Shown: positions 21,373 through 35,984, counted from the whole stretch's first letter. The stretch is 57,850 bases of DNA, filler included, from Sphacelaria rigidula (GCA_964200075.2; 3 parts of 3 records of this genome joined end to end with filler, not necessarily neighbours in it), one strand, 5' to 3'. Notes: generated from the letters alone by a model not told the origin. A program made the numbers and translations.

Positions 21373-23599
21373 TCTTCCGCAGAAAAAAAATCTCTCTGAA
21401 AAGTGTCGGAAATCTCAACCAGTTCATGAAATAAATAAATTCAACACTGGCTACATACTTGTCCACAAATCTAGCGGCTGATTTCTTCCCAACATTTTTT
21501 TTCGGGGAAGTCGGTAAAAGAATCGAGCAAGTCTTGAAAACAAAGTCTAGTCAAAAATATCTCTATAAGGAGGTAATGTGCTCCTACAGGATGCATGGCA
21601 TTATGGGGTTGCTTCGTGAAGGTTAGCTGGGTCCATGAGATGAAAAATAAGCGAGAGAAATAAGTTTGATTTCACCCGTCAATTGTGTAATTATATCGAC
21701 CGATTCTAGGGTAGGCCGGTCCCACGTACACGAATGACAACACGCCATAACCTCAAAACACTACACAAACATATAAAATGGCAGACGTAACTCGTGGGTT
21801 CGCCTGCCCACCCTTACCCCTCCAGAACACAACAGATCAACTATACTGCGTCGGAGCATACAGAAGCGATCTTGTGCCATCATTGACAAGGGACATAATG
21901 GGCGAAAAAAACATATAAAAAAAAAACATAAACACACAAGACAAACACACACGCGGAAGAAGGAAAAAAAGAACACGTACTTCGATTTTCCGATCGTCTG
22001 GGCACAACAAAAACAAAAACAAAAAACATATACAAAGCTGACTGTATTTTTGCAAGTACCACCGACCAAGCAGCAACCCCGTCAGAAGCTGGGGACATGG
22101 ACCACTCACTTTCACACGTTTTTGTCATCGGCCCCTTCTACCCTTATCCTATGTTACACACAGATTGTCATGTACACGGAGTCGCTATACATGCCAAATT
22201 ATCGGCCCCCGAGAGCGCTGTAATCGCCAAAGCAACAGTTCTCTGCAGAACTATACCGAACACACTACCACAAACAAACACTATTACAACCATGAACAAA
22301 AATTCTCCCTTCCTTTCATCCCCTCTTTCCCCCCGCCCCGTTCCTCCATCATCTTCCCATACTCCGTGTTTGCCCCGCATGATTATTTACTTGGGGGTGC
22401 CTTGACGATTTTTCGTTGCGTTGATGCTTCCCCCCCCCCCTCCCTCCCACCCCTTCCCCCTCTCTTTTGAAGCGTGCTTGATTTTGCGCAAAACGTTACT
22501 CCATCATCGTCATTACACTCCTCGCGAAATACGCAAACGGGGATTAAGACAACGTTTAGACAAAAAAAAAAACTATGTCGTGTAAGATCAACACGCACAC
22601 ACACGCGCACGCGCGCAAGCGCACAACAGGGTGAGTTTAAAAGCAGGACGGCCTCGCCGCGACGAAGACGTGGAACCACACCACACAAAGGTCCCCAGGT
22701 CTCTCGGGATGCGAGACACACACGCCCGAGAGGCCCGAAACCCTGCCGCACGCATCAACCCCAAGAACGAACAGATGCACGACACAACCCGCACCACAGT
22801 CCGTTATTTATTTCGCGTCTAGGAAAACATGAATAAGCGTTTCACTGTAATTTGGGGTCGCCCCCTCCCACCTACCGCCCCGCGCCCGCCATCCAATTCT
22901 CTACCCTTTTACATGTCGTATTTGCGGGATCATACAAACATTCCTCATCCCAAATACTCAGAATCAACGGCGGTGATCTATGCAACAGAGCCTAGGCCAC
23001 GATCTACCGTTCGGGTGCAGAAAAAGTGAGGGCAGCGGGAAAGAGGGGGTCCTGGATGAGCCCCGACCCCCCCCCCAAATTACAGCACACATCCATTATG
23101 ACGCTCTTGGGACAGACGTCCTACTTTCGAGGTTTTTCTTTTTTACGGCGCACCCGATGCCTTTTTTTCTTTTCTTTTCCCCCCTCATTTTATGTACTCC
23201 GGCATGTTGGTAATCGGGGTAAACTAAGCAGTCGTTCTAGTAGCTGCTTTCATGCTTCACCGCATACATTACAACAAACACATAATATTCTGGACTCCTT
23301 TGTCGCACAAAATCGCCAAACAGTTACAAATCGAGTTCACTCCATTCTTTCATTCACTAAGCCGACCAACACTATCCTCGCAATGGGCAAAATGGCGAGG
23401 TGAACCAACAACAGAGGGAGCGCACACGCAACGCCAAAAAACGAAGGCAATACCGCTGAGGGAAGAGCTCTCGTGTTTTCTTGCTCGGTTCCAACCAAAA
23501 TAGGTTTACCCGAAAAAACTAACTCGCTCGCCGCCACCTTGGCCCGATACAACCACAGTACAATGAAGAAGGACGCGCTGCCCCCTGCTTTTTCTACCG

Positions 23600-26500
23600 T
23601 CATCTACTGGGCAACTGCGCCGCTCCTGTACTGCCTACCGCCGCCGACGCATCCCCATCCTCGTCCACACCATGGTGCCCCCCTAATTGCATCGTACTTG
23701 CAGCCGACGGAAGTAGCGGCGAATCACCAACGCCCTTGTCGACAGCAAATCCCTCGACGTCAGCCCAGCGTCGCTCGACGGCATGAGAAGAAGGCAGTGT
23801 CTCCTCGGCCGGGGCAAGGAGCGGCGGTGTCTGCAGCAGCAACCGTTGCTGTTCCTGTTGTTGCGTCGACGACGTGCTTGTACGGATCGGGGAATACGGG
23901 GCAGTGGACGATGACGACGACTCCTGCGCCAACTCCTGCGTCAACTGCAGCGCCAGCTGCTGCTGCTGTGGCGACTGCGGCACCATCGATCCACAGCTCC
24001 CCTTCGGCGGTTCGGTGAAACACGCGGAAGAAGTGGATACGGGCGACTCGCCGTTACCCCCCGCGCTAACGCTTGTTGTGCTGTCCGTCTCGGCGTCCGG
24101 GCCACTATCGCTCGTCCCGCTCCCGCTCCCGACGTCGTCGCCATCGCCATCGTTTCCCCCGGTCTCCTCTTCGTCTTCCTCCTCCTCCTCCTCTCCCCGC
24201 TCATTGTCGTCATTGATCGTTCGCGTTGTACGGCCTGAGTCTTCTCCACTGCTGTCCTGATTACCTCGACCTTGACCAACCCGTCCGTGTCTCAACCCGG
24301 TAGGCGCGTACTGGTACCTAGCGTCCGTGTGCGCATTCCAACCAAGTCGTCGACCACTCAAACCTCCGCCCAGCCCCGCGCCCAGCATGCCCCCCGCGTG
24401 TCCTCCGCTGCTCCCACCCGTTCCCCCCGCGCCGCCGTCACCACAGTGATGGAGTCCGCTTGAAGAAGCCCTCGCACCGCCGAGGCTGGTCGCCACACGC
24501 GGCCTGCTTGCTGCTTCCTCTGCTCGCTTCTCCTCCTCGGTAACGAATCCCTCGACCAGCATGGTCTCGATAGTTCCTAGATCAAACGTCTGCGGAACCG
24601 GGTAGAAGCATCAATTCGGCCAAGGTGACGGGGGTGGGTGGGAAGCGACAGTGGAGGGCTTGCACGGTTGGGATACGGTCTCACGTGATTTGAGCTCAAC
24701 TCTGTGCGCCGTACTCTGCCGCTTTGTGGCGGTTCGGTACAGTCAACCATTGCCTCCTCGCGTTTACAGAACCACCACAGACGCTTTGCTGTCGACGTCT
24801 GCTGCACCCACCGGTGCCCTATTTTTCCCCCTCGAAGGAGTCTCCGCGAGCAAACAACGGTAGGAGGGAAATCGAAGGAGACAAGAGGTTCCAAACCAGC
24901 ACGACAACACCGCATCCCTGATTGCCCTTAAACACGCGATGCAACGTACGCAAAACCGGCTCCCTACATGAGCTGGCAGCATGCCTCCCATCGGGTCGAA
25001 ACCATGAGAAAACTGAGGTGTGCTTCACCTCGTGACTTGCGCGCGATACGACGGACGCTAAAGGAAAGTGTACGGCATAGCCGTCTGTCTCACCTTGCTG
25101 TATGCCTCGAAATGCAGGAGTCGCGGGAACACCACGCGGTATTGCATGTCGAGGCTTCCGCGACTGTCGAGTTCCTTGCACGAGACCCATCCCCTACGCA
25201 TCGTGCCGAACCCCTCCTCAACAACCTTGGCCACACGCCGGCCCACGAGCTGCTCCGTACACTTCCATTCAGCGTATTCGGGATCCCTCTTCCATCGCCT
25301 GCATAAACAGAATTGCGGAGTGAGCGAAAGAGAGGGTGAAAGGTGGGTACGGTGCGTCAATGGCGAGCATAGATATATACCGCAGTGTTTCGACCATGAC
25401 GAGGGGCGGGGGTTCAATTTCTTTCAAAAATGTCTCACGTTGAAAGACATGCCTCGCATCACCCTAGAACACATACAGCATCGTGCGCGGGAGTGACGCA
25501 TTGAGACACGCAGCGGTAACTGAAGACGTTGGGTCTCGGCGTGCGGGACACATGATACCGGGAATTGAAGACTCCACGCAACGAAAGATGCAAAAAAAAA
25601 ATAAGGAAAAAACGCCAACGCTTTGCGCTACGTGCGAATACAAAAACGAGCGTTAAAACCCGCGTCACCTACACAAGCGACCGGGTCAACAGACACCACA
25701 AGTCATAATCGCGACATATCGCGATCGCTTCGTCCCTTCGCGCCGTGCGCACATTGCTCTTTTCCGGCCATTTACAGGGAAAATTAACGTTTCCGCCCGG
25801 TCGGTTCTTCATCTCACCTGTAAAAGTAGTCCACCACGTCGCCGTGACTCTTGTGGGGCAAAAACTTCGCGCGGATGCGGTGGAAATCTCGTCGGAAGGC
25901 GTAAACGCCGGTTCTAAACTTCTCCCGATCCGACGCGGGCCAGTCGGTTCGCCATCCCGCGCCCTCCCCGACCGCCACGAGTTTCGACAAGCTCTCCAGA
26001 CTACATGGCTCTTGCTCGGCATTACTGCCGCCGCCGCCGCCGCTGTCGCTGCCGTTGCCACCCCCCAATCCGGTACCATGAGCCGCTGCGCCACCCACTG
26101 CATCGGCGGATTGTAGCCCTAACCCTCCTCCCCCACTACTAGATCCACCAGTGGCGGTAGTGGCGGCGGCGGCACCTCCATAACGCCGTCTCTGAACCAC
26201 TGCTTCCTTCTCTGCCTCGTGAATCAAGTAAGCTCCCAGTAGCTTTTGCTCCAGCTCGGAGGAGCCGGCGCCGTTCCGGTGAGGGGGCGGGAACGCATAT
26301 TTGGCCGCGGCGTCGGACACCGTGCCTGGCTTCCAGAGCTGCAACGGTGGCGAACGATCGGGTGACAACCGGGAGTCCCCTTTTTCACGGCGAAGGGAAC
26401 ACGGGGCGTACGAGCGAGGTTTGTGGACGGGCCGACAGCGGGACGGAAGGCAGGACGTTATAGAGAAGTGATATGACAACATTGCACATGTAGTACGTAC

Positions 26501-29065
26501 CGTCCCACTCAACACTGCGAAGGACACATGATACGATGCTCCTCATGAACGATGGGGGTGTGGCAGGCAAGTCTTGTGCAAAAAAGTTACGCTGGCGTCG
26601 TACAGTACCTTTCACGCACGAATTATATACCGAACAGAGGGACAGGCGGGATTTTATGTTTTGAACACGAGGCAGAACATGAACTCACCCTTGCGCTTTA
26701 AGGTCGACAACGCGGGAATAACGGCTTGATGGTTTGCACCGACTTTCGGTCCAGGTGCTCCGCTCCTCCCTACACTCGTCCCCGTGCTGGTGCTGTCCAT
26801 CTCTCCATCGGAAGAGTTACCGCTATCTGTTCGCGAGCCTTGAGGAGACTCAACGTCCATGTCGCCGTTACGGTTGCTAGTCTCGTCATTTCCAACGCCT
26901 CCCGTTCCGTGTATCCCGTCCCCTTCCGACACCGCTTCGTCAAACGAAGTCCCGCCGAACGTTATGTGATCGTGTCTCGGGGAAGCCCTCGCATCGCGCT
27001 GCAATTCAACAAACGAAGTCCACGAGGGCCGAGAGCGAGAGCAAAAAATTGCATCAGGTGTCAAGAACGCAGGTGAGCATTACATCTTGCCTAGCGTACG
27101 AGGAAGGTCCGGTGTGTGGGACGTGGGATCTGCACGACAGATGAACCGCACCGAGCCGCGAACTGTCCTACAAGTGCTTTTCATCACTGCAGACGCTGCT
27201 AATGACGACGTTGGTACAACAACTCCTCGAACACGACACATGAAGGCTACGTTTTCAGTCGTTTATCCCTCGCAAAAGCGAAAATAGGACCGTTGGTGGT
27301 GAAGCATGTGGCGAACCATCTACTTCCAATCTGTCGTCGGTGCACATGCGCGCACTAGTATCAGTCGAACCATTTTTCTCACGAAATATAGCATCACAGA
27401 ATAACGGCACACATGCAGCACAGCGGGAAAGAAACGACACACTACGCCGAGACCAATGCCCGGGGCTCTCACCGGTGGACTCCCTAGAAGCGTTTGCATA
27501 CAATGCGGAATGTCGTCATCTGCCATGCCTTGTATACCCTCGGAGGGGACTAGCATCTCGAAACCGTCCGTCCCGCTGCCGCCGCCAACGTCGGTTCCCA
27601 CAGCATCGCCCCCACCCCCATCCCCGCCCCTGCTGTCGTGAGGTCCGGCCGAGGGAGAGATCGGGGGGCCAAAAGCATGCGAAAGCAAAAACAACTCGTC
27701 ATCTCCCACGCCATGTCGCCGAGCATCTTGCCCACTTATCTCCAAGCTGTTCGTGCGAAAGAACGGCAGGGGAGACAGGCACAGCGATGTTCGCAACCCC
27801 TTGCACGAGCATGCTTCTTCCTGCGGATCATCTTCGCCTTGTCCGTTGTCGGCAAAATTCCCTCTACCCCCGCCGCCGGCGCCGCTGCACGATCTGCACG
27901 CCGGCGCAGCACTAAACCCCCCGCCAGTACCTGGGGGAGCGTTTGACGCCGATCCCCCGTCCCAACTGCTGGAAGCTCGCAAACCCCCACCGAGCGGCCG
28001 CTTCATGCTCCTGCGCGATCCACCCGGGCTTTCGTCTTCTGTCGAGAACTTCGATAATTCCGCTCCTTTCGGCTCTTTGCAACCCCAACCACCTCTGATC
28101 CCACCGTCATCGTCACGCTCAAGACCACCACCGCCGATAGCAGTAGCAGCAGATGCGTACCCCTCTTTTGCACCTTTTGATGAAGGACCCCTAGTGCCAT
28201 CCAAGGAGCACTTGATCCCGGCGTTTTGTTGTGGAGAAGGTTTCAACACGTCTCGACGGTGACCCGCGAGCATAGAAGACGTTGCAGATAGGGCAGACGC
28301 GGACGTCCCTGCACCACTGCCGCCTTCCCCGACCAAGCCACCCCCTCCTCTGGGTTCCGGCCCGGCAAAGGAAGACAGCCTTGAAAGCAAGTCTCCGTTC
28401 GTCGTGGTGGACGGGACGTTCTCTCGCAATTTTGGCGACGGGGAGATGAGGCAGTTCATTGACCGTACCGGCCTATTGCTGTTGGGGGGGGCGATAGTTT
28501 CAACCGCATCCGCCTTCGGCGGCGATGTCGTGTGGGCCCGGACGATGTTGTGCGCCGCCGAGTCACGAGGATGATGAAGATGCAACCCGTCAGAGCGAAA
28601 GGGCAGCGGCTGTCGTGATCGACCCCGAGGCGGCATGCCTCTGGCGGTTGCTTTCACTGTCGTTCCATCCGCTGGAGAAAAAAACGCGGCGGCCACCGCG
28701 GTCCCTAAATTTAGATCGCAGGTAGGATCTCCCGATCGCAACGGATCCATCATGAGCGTATGAGTGTCTCGAGTGGCCGGGTCTTGACCTCTGGGTGGTA
28801 TCGGCGACATTCTCTTCGGGGGCGGAGGTTGCTCCTCGTTTCCCAATTCCAACTCCCTTTTGCCCCGATTACCACCCCCCACATTGAGGCTGCTAGTGTT
28901 GTTGCCACTACTACTACCGCTGCCGCCACCTGCCGCTGCGGCGGCAGTTGGGCCGTTTCCCGTCATGGGGTGGTCTCCTCCGATCAGGACTACGGGGGAG
29001 AACGTACCGCCAGAGCGGCCGGAACAGGAAAATCGGACTGCGTCGATCGATGCCAGCGTGGTCAT
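23600..29065 (-). CDS. ELM2-SANT domain chromatin/corepressor-type protein, 5 predicted coding exons
   Basis: Phase-compatible GT-AG exons: ~29065-27473 (or 27446), 26998-26689 (ELM2 start KVGANHQAVIPAL), 26379-25818 (LQLWKP; SANT WPASDREKFRTGVYAFRRDFHRIRAKFLPHKSHGDVVDYFY), 25298-25094, 24589-23600. The start codon is uncertain. Confidence 0.8.
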
Positions 29066-32000
29066 AACCTCCAACACGCGTGTTGCGTTTTCTGTGAACG
29101 ACGAGAGTCGTGCACTGGGCAAGAAACAGAGACAAAGAAAGTTGCTACTGTCAAGATGAGATGGTGGTACGTCTACCTGGTGCATGCACGAGGTACAACG
29201 CACTAGACGCTCTTGTATTGCACTATACTCATGTACCTTACTCTATGGAGGTGGACAGAACGATGCATGCTGTTTCATACATCACAGAGGGGGTAGAAGT
29301 CTTCATCGGTACTTTTTCTCGCTGTCGGCGTTAGTTGGTGCGGCGTCCCCGTTCTCCGCACAAGCGTAGCGTTTCATGTTTCAGTTTCAAGGTTACCGTG
29401 TGGCACGAAAGCAGCACTGCTGCTGGAAATGCTACATTCTGTCTGTAATTCAATATACCGCCTACACTACTGCTGTACTGCGCTTTTCGTTTCCTGCGTG
29501 TGTATCATTTTGAAAACTGACTGAAGTACATTCTCTATACTGTCTGTATGTAAAACCGACTGCTGCTGCAGGAGGTAGGGTTGTATTCAAAAATGCAGAC
29601 GTACTTGAAAAACACACGGAAAACATCGAAACTTGAAAATAGTGAGGACAGCGCGGACCGTTACGTTGAGCAGGGGGGCTGCGGAGGGTCTGTCTATGAA
29701 GTGGGAAAGACGAAAAAGCTTGATTCTCCGCCGACAACATGACTCAACAAACTGATGGATCCGTTTCTACGGGTCGGGGACAACGCGAAGCACCGGGGGC
29801 AACCTCCCCGAGGCGGCGGGTGAAACCAGCCGAGGGCAAAAAAGTCACATGGGACTCAAAAAAAATGTCCCAAATATTTTTGTCCAACTTGGAGATGGGT
29901 TCGAAAAATATACTTGCCCCATACCGTAACCCCCACGAAACTGGGACGCCCTCAACAACCGCACCACAACTCCTAGTGAACCTGAATGGCGCTAAGCTTT
30001 ACGTTTGATTTAAGGAGAAGCGGAGATGGGGGGGAAGGGGGGCGTGGGAAGGGGGGTACCTTCACGGTAACCTTTGACCAATGTTTCGGCTCGGTAGGAC
30101 CCCCCCTTGTACACCAACTTCTCAAGAAACTTGTAAACTTGATGAAAACACCGATTCTGCCTCAGTTTTCCACCTGGTAGAGCCCTGCTTCTATACCCCC
30201 TTGAGACTGGGCGCACTCACCAGTTCCCTCTTGATATAGCTTCCGCTTATTCTCTCTTATAGGATACCCGTCCTCGTTCCCTCTCCCAACCAGCACAGGA
30301 GCTTACGTACGTCGATGTAAAACGCCAACCTACACTCCAGTAAATTTATGGGATAATGACATAAGGACAAAATGTACACTTGGTACACAATCAGCTTTAC
30401 TTCAGGTATCTGATCTGTATGATATCAGCAGTGTGCAGCGAAGGCAAGGTGGACAGATTAAGTGTTGCAGTCGTCGGCATCATCACTGCTACAAAGCTCG
30501 AACGGACGTGGTGTCGTCATCAACTGAACCCCATCGTGGTGGTGTTCCAGTTGCGATCATTGAACGGTGAGCAGGACTTGCAAGTGCAAGGGCGTTGTTC
30601 TTCCTGTCGTCGTGTACGAGCAGGACATCTTGGTCTCAACTTGCCGACATCACATGCCACGAGTTTAAGCATCCAGTACTACTTGGCCCTTGTTTCCTTG
30701 CCATCGGTGCTGCACTGGCCATTGCTCTAGCCCAGTGCTACGTTTCACCATCCCGTGCGCGCTACGTGTTGAGTAAGTTCAGTACAGTACAGTACAGAAG
30801 GTAGCATTGACATGCAAGCGGCGCGCAACAGCAGATGATGAGATGATGTCGGCGATTGGAATTCTTCGTCAACGGTCAACCGCAAACGGGCACCCGGCAA
30901 AGGCCGGTGCATGGTGTGAGGCTTCCTCGTGAAGTACCGGGTGCAAACATGCAAGATGGCACCAGCCATTGATGACAAGTGCAGCGCTGAATCATGTCCC
31001 GATCGTTGGCCGTGCTGCTACGGATAAAACATTACCGCACGATCGTCCCGTTCATAGGGTACGACTGGTGGACAGAACCAAAAAATCTGCAGTAACTACG
31101 GTAGGGTTGTACATCTCTCATGTTTTTTCTTGGAACACATTTGAAACACTCAACTTTGCCCTGAAATATTCGGCCATTCTGCCATCGCGTTTCTACGGTC
31201 ACCACCACCACGGCAACCGCGCGTCCGCCAGTCAATACCAAGCACCGCACCCATACGTTGTTGAAAAAATTGTGGAGAACGAGTGCGGCAGGCCCCATCG
31301 CCACCCCACCCCCAAACACCTGGAACAGGCATGATGCGGAGACGTACATGACTGAAAGCATGATCCGGCCGTAAAACCCCGCCAAGATGAGAATCGACTC
31401 ACTTCAACGATGGACACACCTTCTGCTTCGCGCAATATCAGCACCTACGGGATGCGCTCATAATTTGACTCGAAGGATACCCTTAAGTACTAGCCAGGTA
31501 TACACAGGCACTGTACTGGACATGGGTGCAAGGAAATAAGGTTGTGCTAGGCAGGAGGGCTGCGGGTGAGAGGAACGATCGATTCCTTCATCCGCTGAAT
31601 GAAGCCAGTACAAAAACTAGTTTTGGTGATTCGAAAACCGAGCATAATCTGTCTCGTGTCAGAATAATGAAGAACCTCCTACAAACGAAGTCCCCGTTCA
31701 ACCGGGACTACTGTACTCGTACAACTGTGCTGCTACACTGTTTGTCTGCTGCAATAGTACAAACAGTACCGACCTGTAGTGTTGTATAGTACAGTATGGC
31801 ACATTGGCTCAGCTCGTCGTTCAAAGCGCGAACATGTTTTTCTTGTACGTGCGTGGACGGAGCGCGTATTTAGTATTTAGCGATTTTGAAATCGCCCCCA
31901 AGACGACAGATAAGGTTTGTCTGTGTACAGCGGTACCGGAAAGGACGACCATGTTTGTTGTGTTTGAACCCTACGGTTCCGCCGAATTGAACAAGCCAGG

Positions 32001-34169
32001 GTGCAGTCTGCAGGCCCACTGCGATATTCTGTGGCTGTTATAGTGGTGATTCTCAGTCGCATGCAGCGCTGCTTTGCTGCGAGTCAAGGGTGACTTGATT
32101 GCAGAAGTCCCCTCCGAAAAGACGCTCGCAAGCTGTCAGCGTCACGACCGTTTAAAGTTCGGAGTTCGAGGGGAAACTTTCGTTGAGGAAGAGTGCCCCC
32201 TTGCAAACCAAATCGCACGTCTCCTACCGGAGATATTTTTCCCTTGGCCCTTATTTTTTACTTGTGCGTACTTTTTTAGGGTGCAGTAATCTCATTCTTT
32301 ATTTGAATTTTGTTCTTCATCGGATTTGAAGAGCTTGGCATGCGTCGGCGTCATGATGTTTTTTTATCTCGGGAAACATGAAACCTCTCTCACATGAAAT
32401 GAAGTGCAAGCTGGGAGTGAGCGATATCGATTCATGTTCTGTATCTGGGGGTACTCGTACACACACTTTGTACTGCTGTTTGCCACGTACTGTCTATACC
32501 TGTGGTTGCGCTTGGCATATTCTGTTGGAATTTATATCACCTGGTGCAATAATGATTGCCAAATTATTCCATTTTCAAATCCCCACATGGGATGGACAGT
32601 CTCGGGTGCTCGGCAGCGTGCCCAGCGACGTGTTTTCGTTTTTGCTCAAGTCGACGTCTGCGATGCCACTTCGAGTTCGGCCAGCGCATCGTCCTTGCCC
32701 CCGAGAGTTCTCTTGGGTCGCGGTCAGTGTTGGAATAGACTTGCGATGAGGGAGTCTGTGTCGACGAAGGAATTTGGCGACATGCCGTGGGTAAAACGTA
32801 TTTCGCACGTTGTTTCCGTCATCCTTGGATTTTCATTTTGTTACTCATCATTCCACGGGTCTCCAAAAATCCGGTTTGGGGCGGCAGAACAGACAGTACA
32901 GTGAATGGTTTCCTGCATACAGAAATGGGGGCAAGACCCTCAGTTTCATGTTCTCCCTCAGGCCATGACTTCAACTCTCTTCCCTTCCCCTCGGCACGAG
33001 TCTGTCTCCAGTCACGAGGGACCAAGTTATATCTTCGCCGGTATCCTTACCTAATATACTTGCCTTCCAATTTGTAATTTGTCGTCGAGCAACGGATCAT
33101 TACTTGTCAGTACTTACGCAGCCCTTCGACGTTTGTTCTTTATTTTTTTTCATCTTTGTATCTGTTTTCACGATTTCCACGACGCTATGTAAACCGTCAC
33201 TGTCTGCTTTGAACCTAGCACGCCGACACTGCTGCTTCTTATTTCGAAGACGCCCCTTACACTCGATCAACACGTGAGTAAAATCTCAAGTTTTTATTCC
33301 AAACCGATGGTTGATGGCGAACTCTGCCGCAGTAGTGTTCACCACTCGGTCGATTAGAACTTTCTCGGAATTTTATTACTTGGTCTGAGTGGGTATCAGC
33401 TTCATGATTACTCGTTTGACCGCGAGCATAGGTAATCCGTTGAGTCAACATGAATTTCGCCTAGAGAATAAATGGAAAACCAGATGACCTACCCTCGCGA
33501 TCGAAGGGTTGAACGGTCTTGTCTATCTGCTCTCAGTTCACATTCCATCTCAACATGTCACCACTGTAGACAACAGTAACTGTACTCGACGAGCAGCAAA
33601 ATCAATATTACTACATCACACAACCGGTGTTCGTCTTTCCGAAGTCGTCCCGACACCCAACAAACACATGGGTATTTTCAAGTTTTCATTCTAAAAGCAA
33701 TAATGGCTGAAGTCAGAAATTTTGCCAATGCTACTCCAAGCAACGGTTGAAACTGGAGGTTTGGTGTCGGCTGTGTCTTCTGTTTCCCGTCGAGGAAAAT
33801 GAAGAAACGACGGCTGCATGAGTGATCGATATTGGCTCATTTGTTTCAGTTTTACAGCCGATCTTGACGCGGCACTGAATCCAATGACGATACCTAGTAG
33901 CAAAATCGTAGATACGGAGCTGTACCTACCGTACAACCGTGCAATACAGTCATACTTTGTCGAGCGCCGTAGCTGTCCATACGTCTAGCCGCATGAACTC
34001 GCGAAGATGGTGCTGGTTTTCGGGGTACACCTTCTCCTGCCGACTCGAAAGCAGAAACGTGCATCGCCCCGGGGAAGAGGTGCTGCTATCGTAGCTCGCA
34101 ATAACGACGGCGAAGAACGGAGAAAGTGCTCAGAAATTGTGCCCAACACTTGGACATTTCGCGAACACT

Positions 34170-34420
34170 ATGTGTGCGTGTTTGTTGTCATCCCATGTAT
34201 TCTGGACGCCAGTCTACACGTTTCGGTATATGCGGGCGCATCAGCCGGGGTCACACAGGAGGAAGGCCAACACAAGAGTTTTCTTGTTTTCTTATTTTGT
34301 TTCAGTATTCCACCTTCCTTCTGCGCTGCTTGCTCTGTCTTAATCGTGCGAGCGGCTCAGCAGTCATTTCCCTCGTCGGCCGTGAAGTCGGAAACACTGT
34401 TTATAAATATAAAGGTTGTG
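34170..34420. repeat. Probable short interspersed repeat
   Basis: The TTCTGGACG...CAGCCGGGGTCACACAGGAGGAAGG motif resembles, from memory, a common brown-algal repeat; single copy here. Confidence 0.3.
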
Positions 34421-34609
34421 TTCTGCAGGCTACACCGACTGGAATTTGGGCATCTACAGCAGTATAATAGAGGTATTTTATAGGCAAACGCCCTTCCCGA
34501 CCGGACCGAATTGTTTGGAACAGGGCTCGACCCCTTACGGAACCACACCGGAATATTCTGTATACTTTTGGCATGGTTTAGTATGCCAACCAACCCCCCT
34601 CCCCCCGGG

Positions 34610-35190
34610 GGGGTTGAGAGAGGGGATATGGATGCAAGCATATTTGCATGGCCCAATGGACGCTGCGAAAAATCTGAAATTGCGATTTCGGGTGGGGGAC
34701 CTGGATCTGCCAATACGAAGAAAGAGATTCACCAGTCGTCGAAAGGAGGAGGAAGTAGATGAACAGAATTGCCCCTGTGGCGAAGCAATAAAGAGCAAAA
34801 GTCATATAGTGGCAAAATGTGTACTGTACACGGAGGAGCGGGACGTGCTAGAGGGGAAAATGCGAGACGTGAACGAAGATGGCATGAAGTCGTTTGGTGC
34901 ATTAGATAGTAGCGAGGAAACGATGGCAACACTAGGAGATATAAAATGGCCACAGATAGCGAAACAGCACGGGGATAAGATATGTAAAAGGTTTTGTGTG
35001 ACGTATGGAAGAACCGTAATGAGCGCCGGAATGTTGAAGTTGCTTGACTCTATTGGGAGTAGGGACGGTGCTCCGTCTCGAAAGGGATGCCTGGTCAATG
35101 GTCAAACGACCAAGGCAAGCAACAAATGAGTACGCCCCTCCGCCCCCCGCCCCCCCCCCCCCCCCCCCTCGCCCCCCCCCCCCCACCACT
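34610..35190 (+). mobile_element. 5'-truncated non-LTR retrotransposon: ORF2 C-terminus with CCHC-type knuckle and C-rich tail
   Basis: YLHGPMDAAKNLKLRFRVGDLDLP...CPCGEAIKSKSHIVAKC; second copy at 19015-19219; followed by poly-C. Confidence 0.8.
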
Positions 35191-35256
35191 CACNNNNNNN
35201 NNNCCCAAAAAGGAGGCCGGGGACAAGTGAAACAACACAAAAAAAAAAAAAAAAAA

Positions 35257-35291
<35 letters not shown>

Positions 35292-35984
35292 ACTTCAGCG
35301 TATACAAAAAAAATCAGCCTTATAACGGTTCCCTTTTATTCCATTCATGGCTACGAACAAGTGGACATCCTCCGATAAGGATATGTGTGGTAGTGCGAAC
35401 GTTTGCGACCGAACTTTCGGTTTTGTTTGCCATAAGAAGCGGCCTAAGAAGCGACCTCCTCAACGAGCTAATATCTTTTCTTTTTTTAAATTTCTTCACA
35501 TTATGTTGTCCGTCGTGCCCTACAACTTCATCCTGTTTCTCGAGTCTTCGTACGAAAGCCTAGCCTCAATATCCCTGATCGCCGCCGCCTCTCCTCTTCG
35601 CTCCTCGCCGCTTGACCTCCCCCCGGCGGCCGCTCCCTCGCCTGCACTACGCTGCGTTTTTTTTCACTCAGGAAGATCACGCCGGAACAACCCATATCAG
35701 GAAGGAGATAAGAGTTATCTCTCAGCCCTTCGTGCTGTTTTTCCTCTTGACTTAATTCCGCTTCTCTCGACGCGACGAACCGGAACGACTCTTTAGTGGA
35801 AGCCGTGAGAGAAGGAGCGTTCTTATCCTGTTCCAGCCCTTTCGGAGACGAGAAAGAAGATAATCTTTTTACCTACGGATACACACATATATATATACAT
35901 ATTATATTTTCATTCTGTTTTTTCAATAGAGCACAAGTAGACCACGTACTTCGGTCGGCGGTGCCGACGTTGTAGGGAAGGGTC

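Noticed and set aside
35130..35295. Poly-C and poly-A runs giving poly-Pro/Gly/Lys ORFs (also 38440-38535)
   Set aside because: Homopolymers at contig edges with likely low base quality; not coding.
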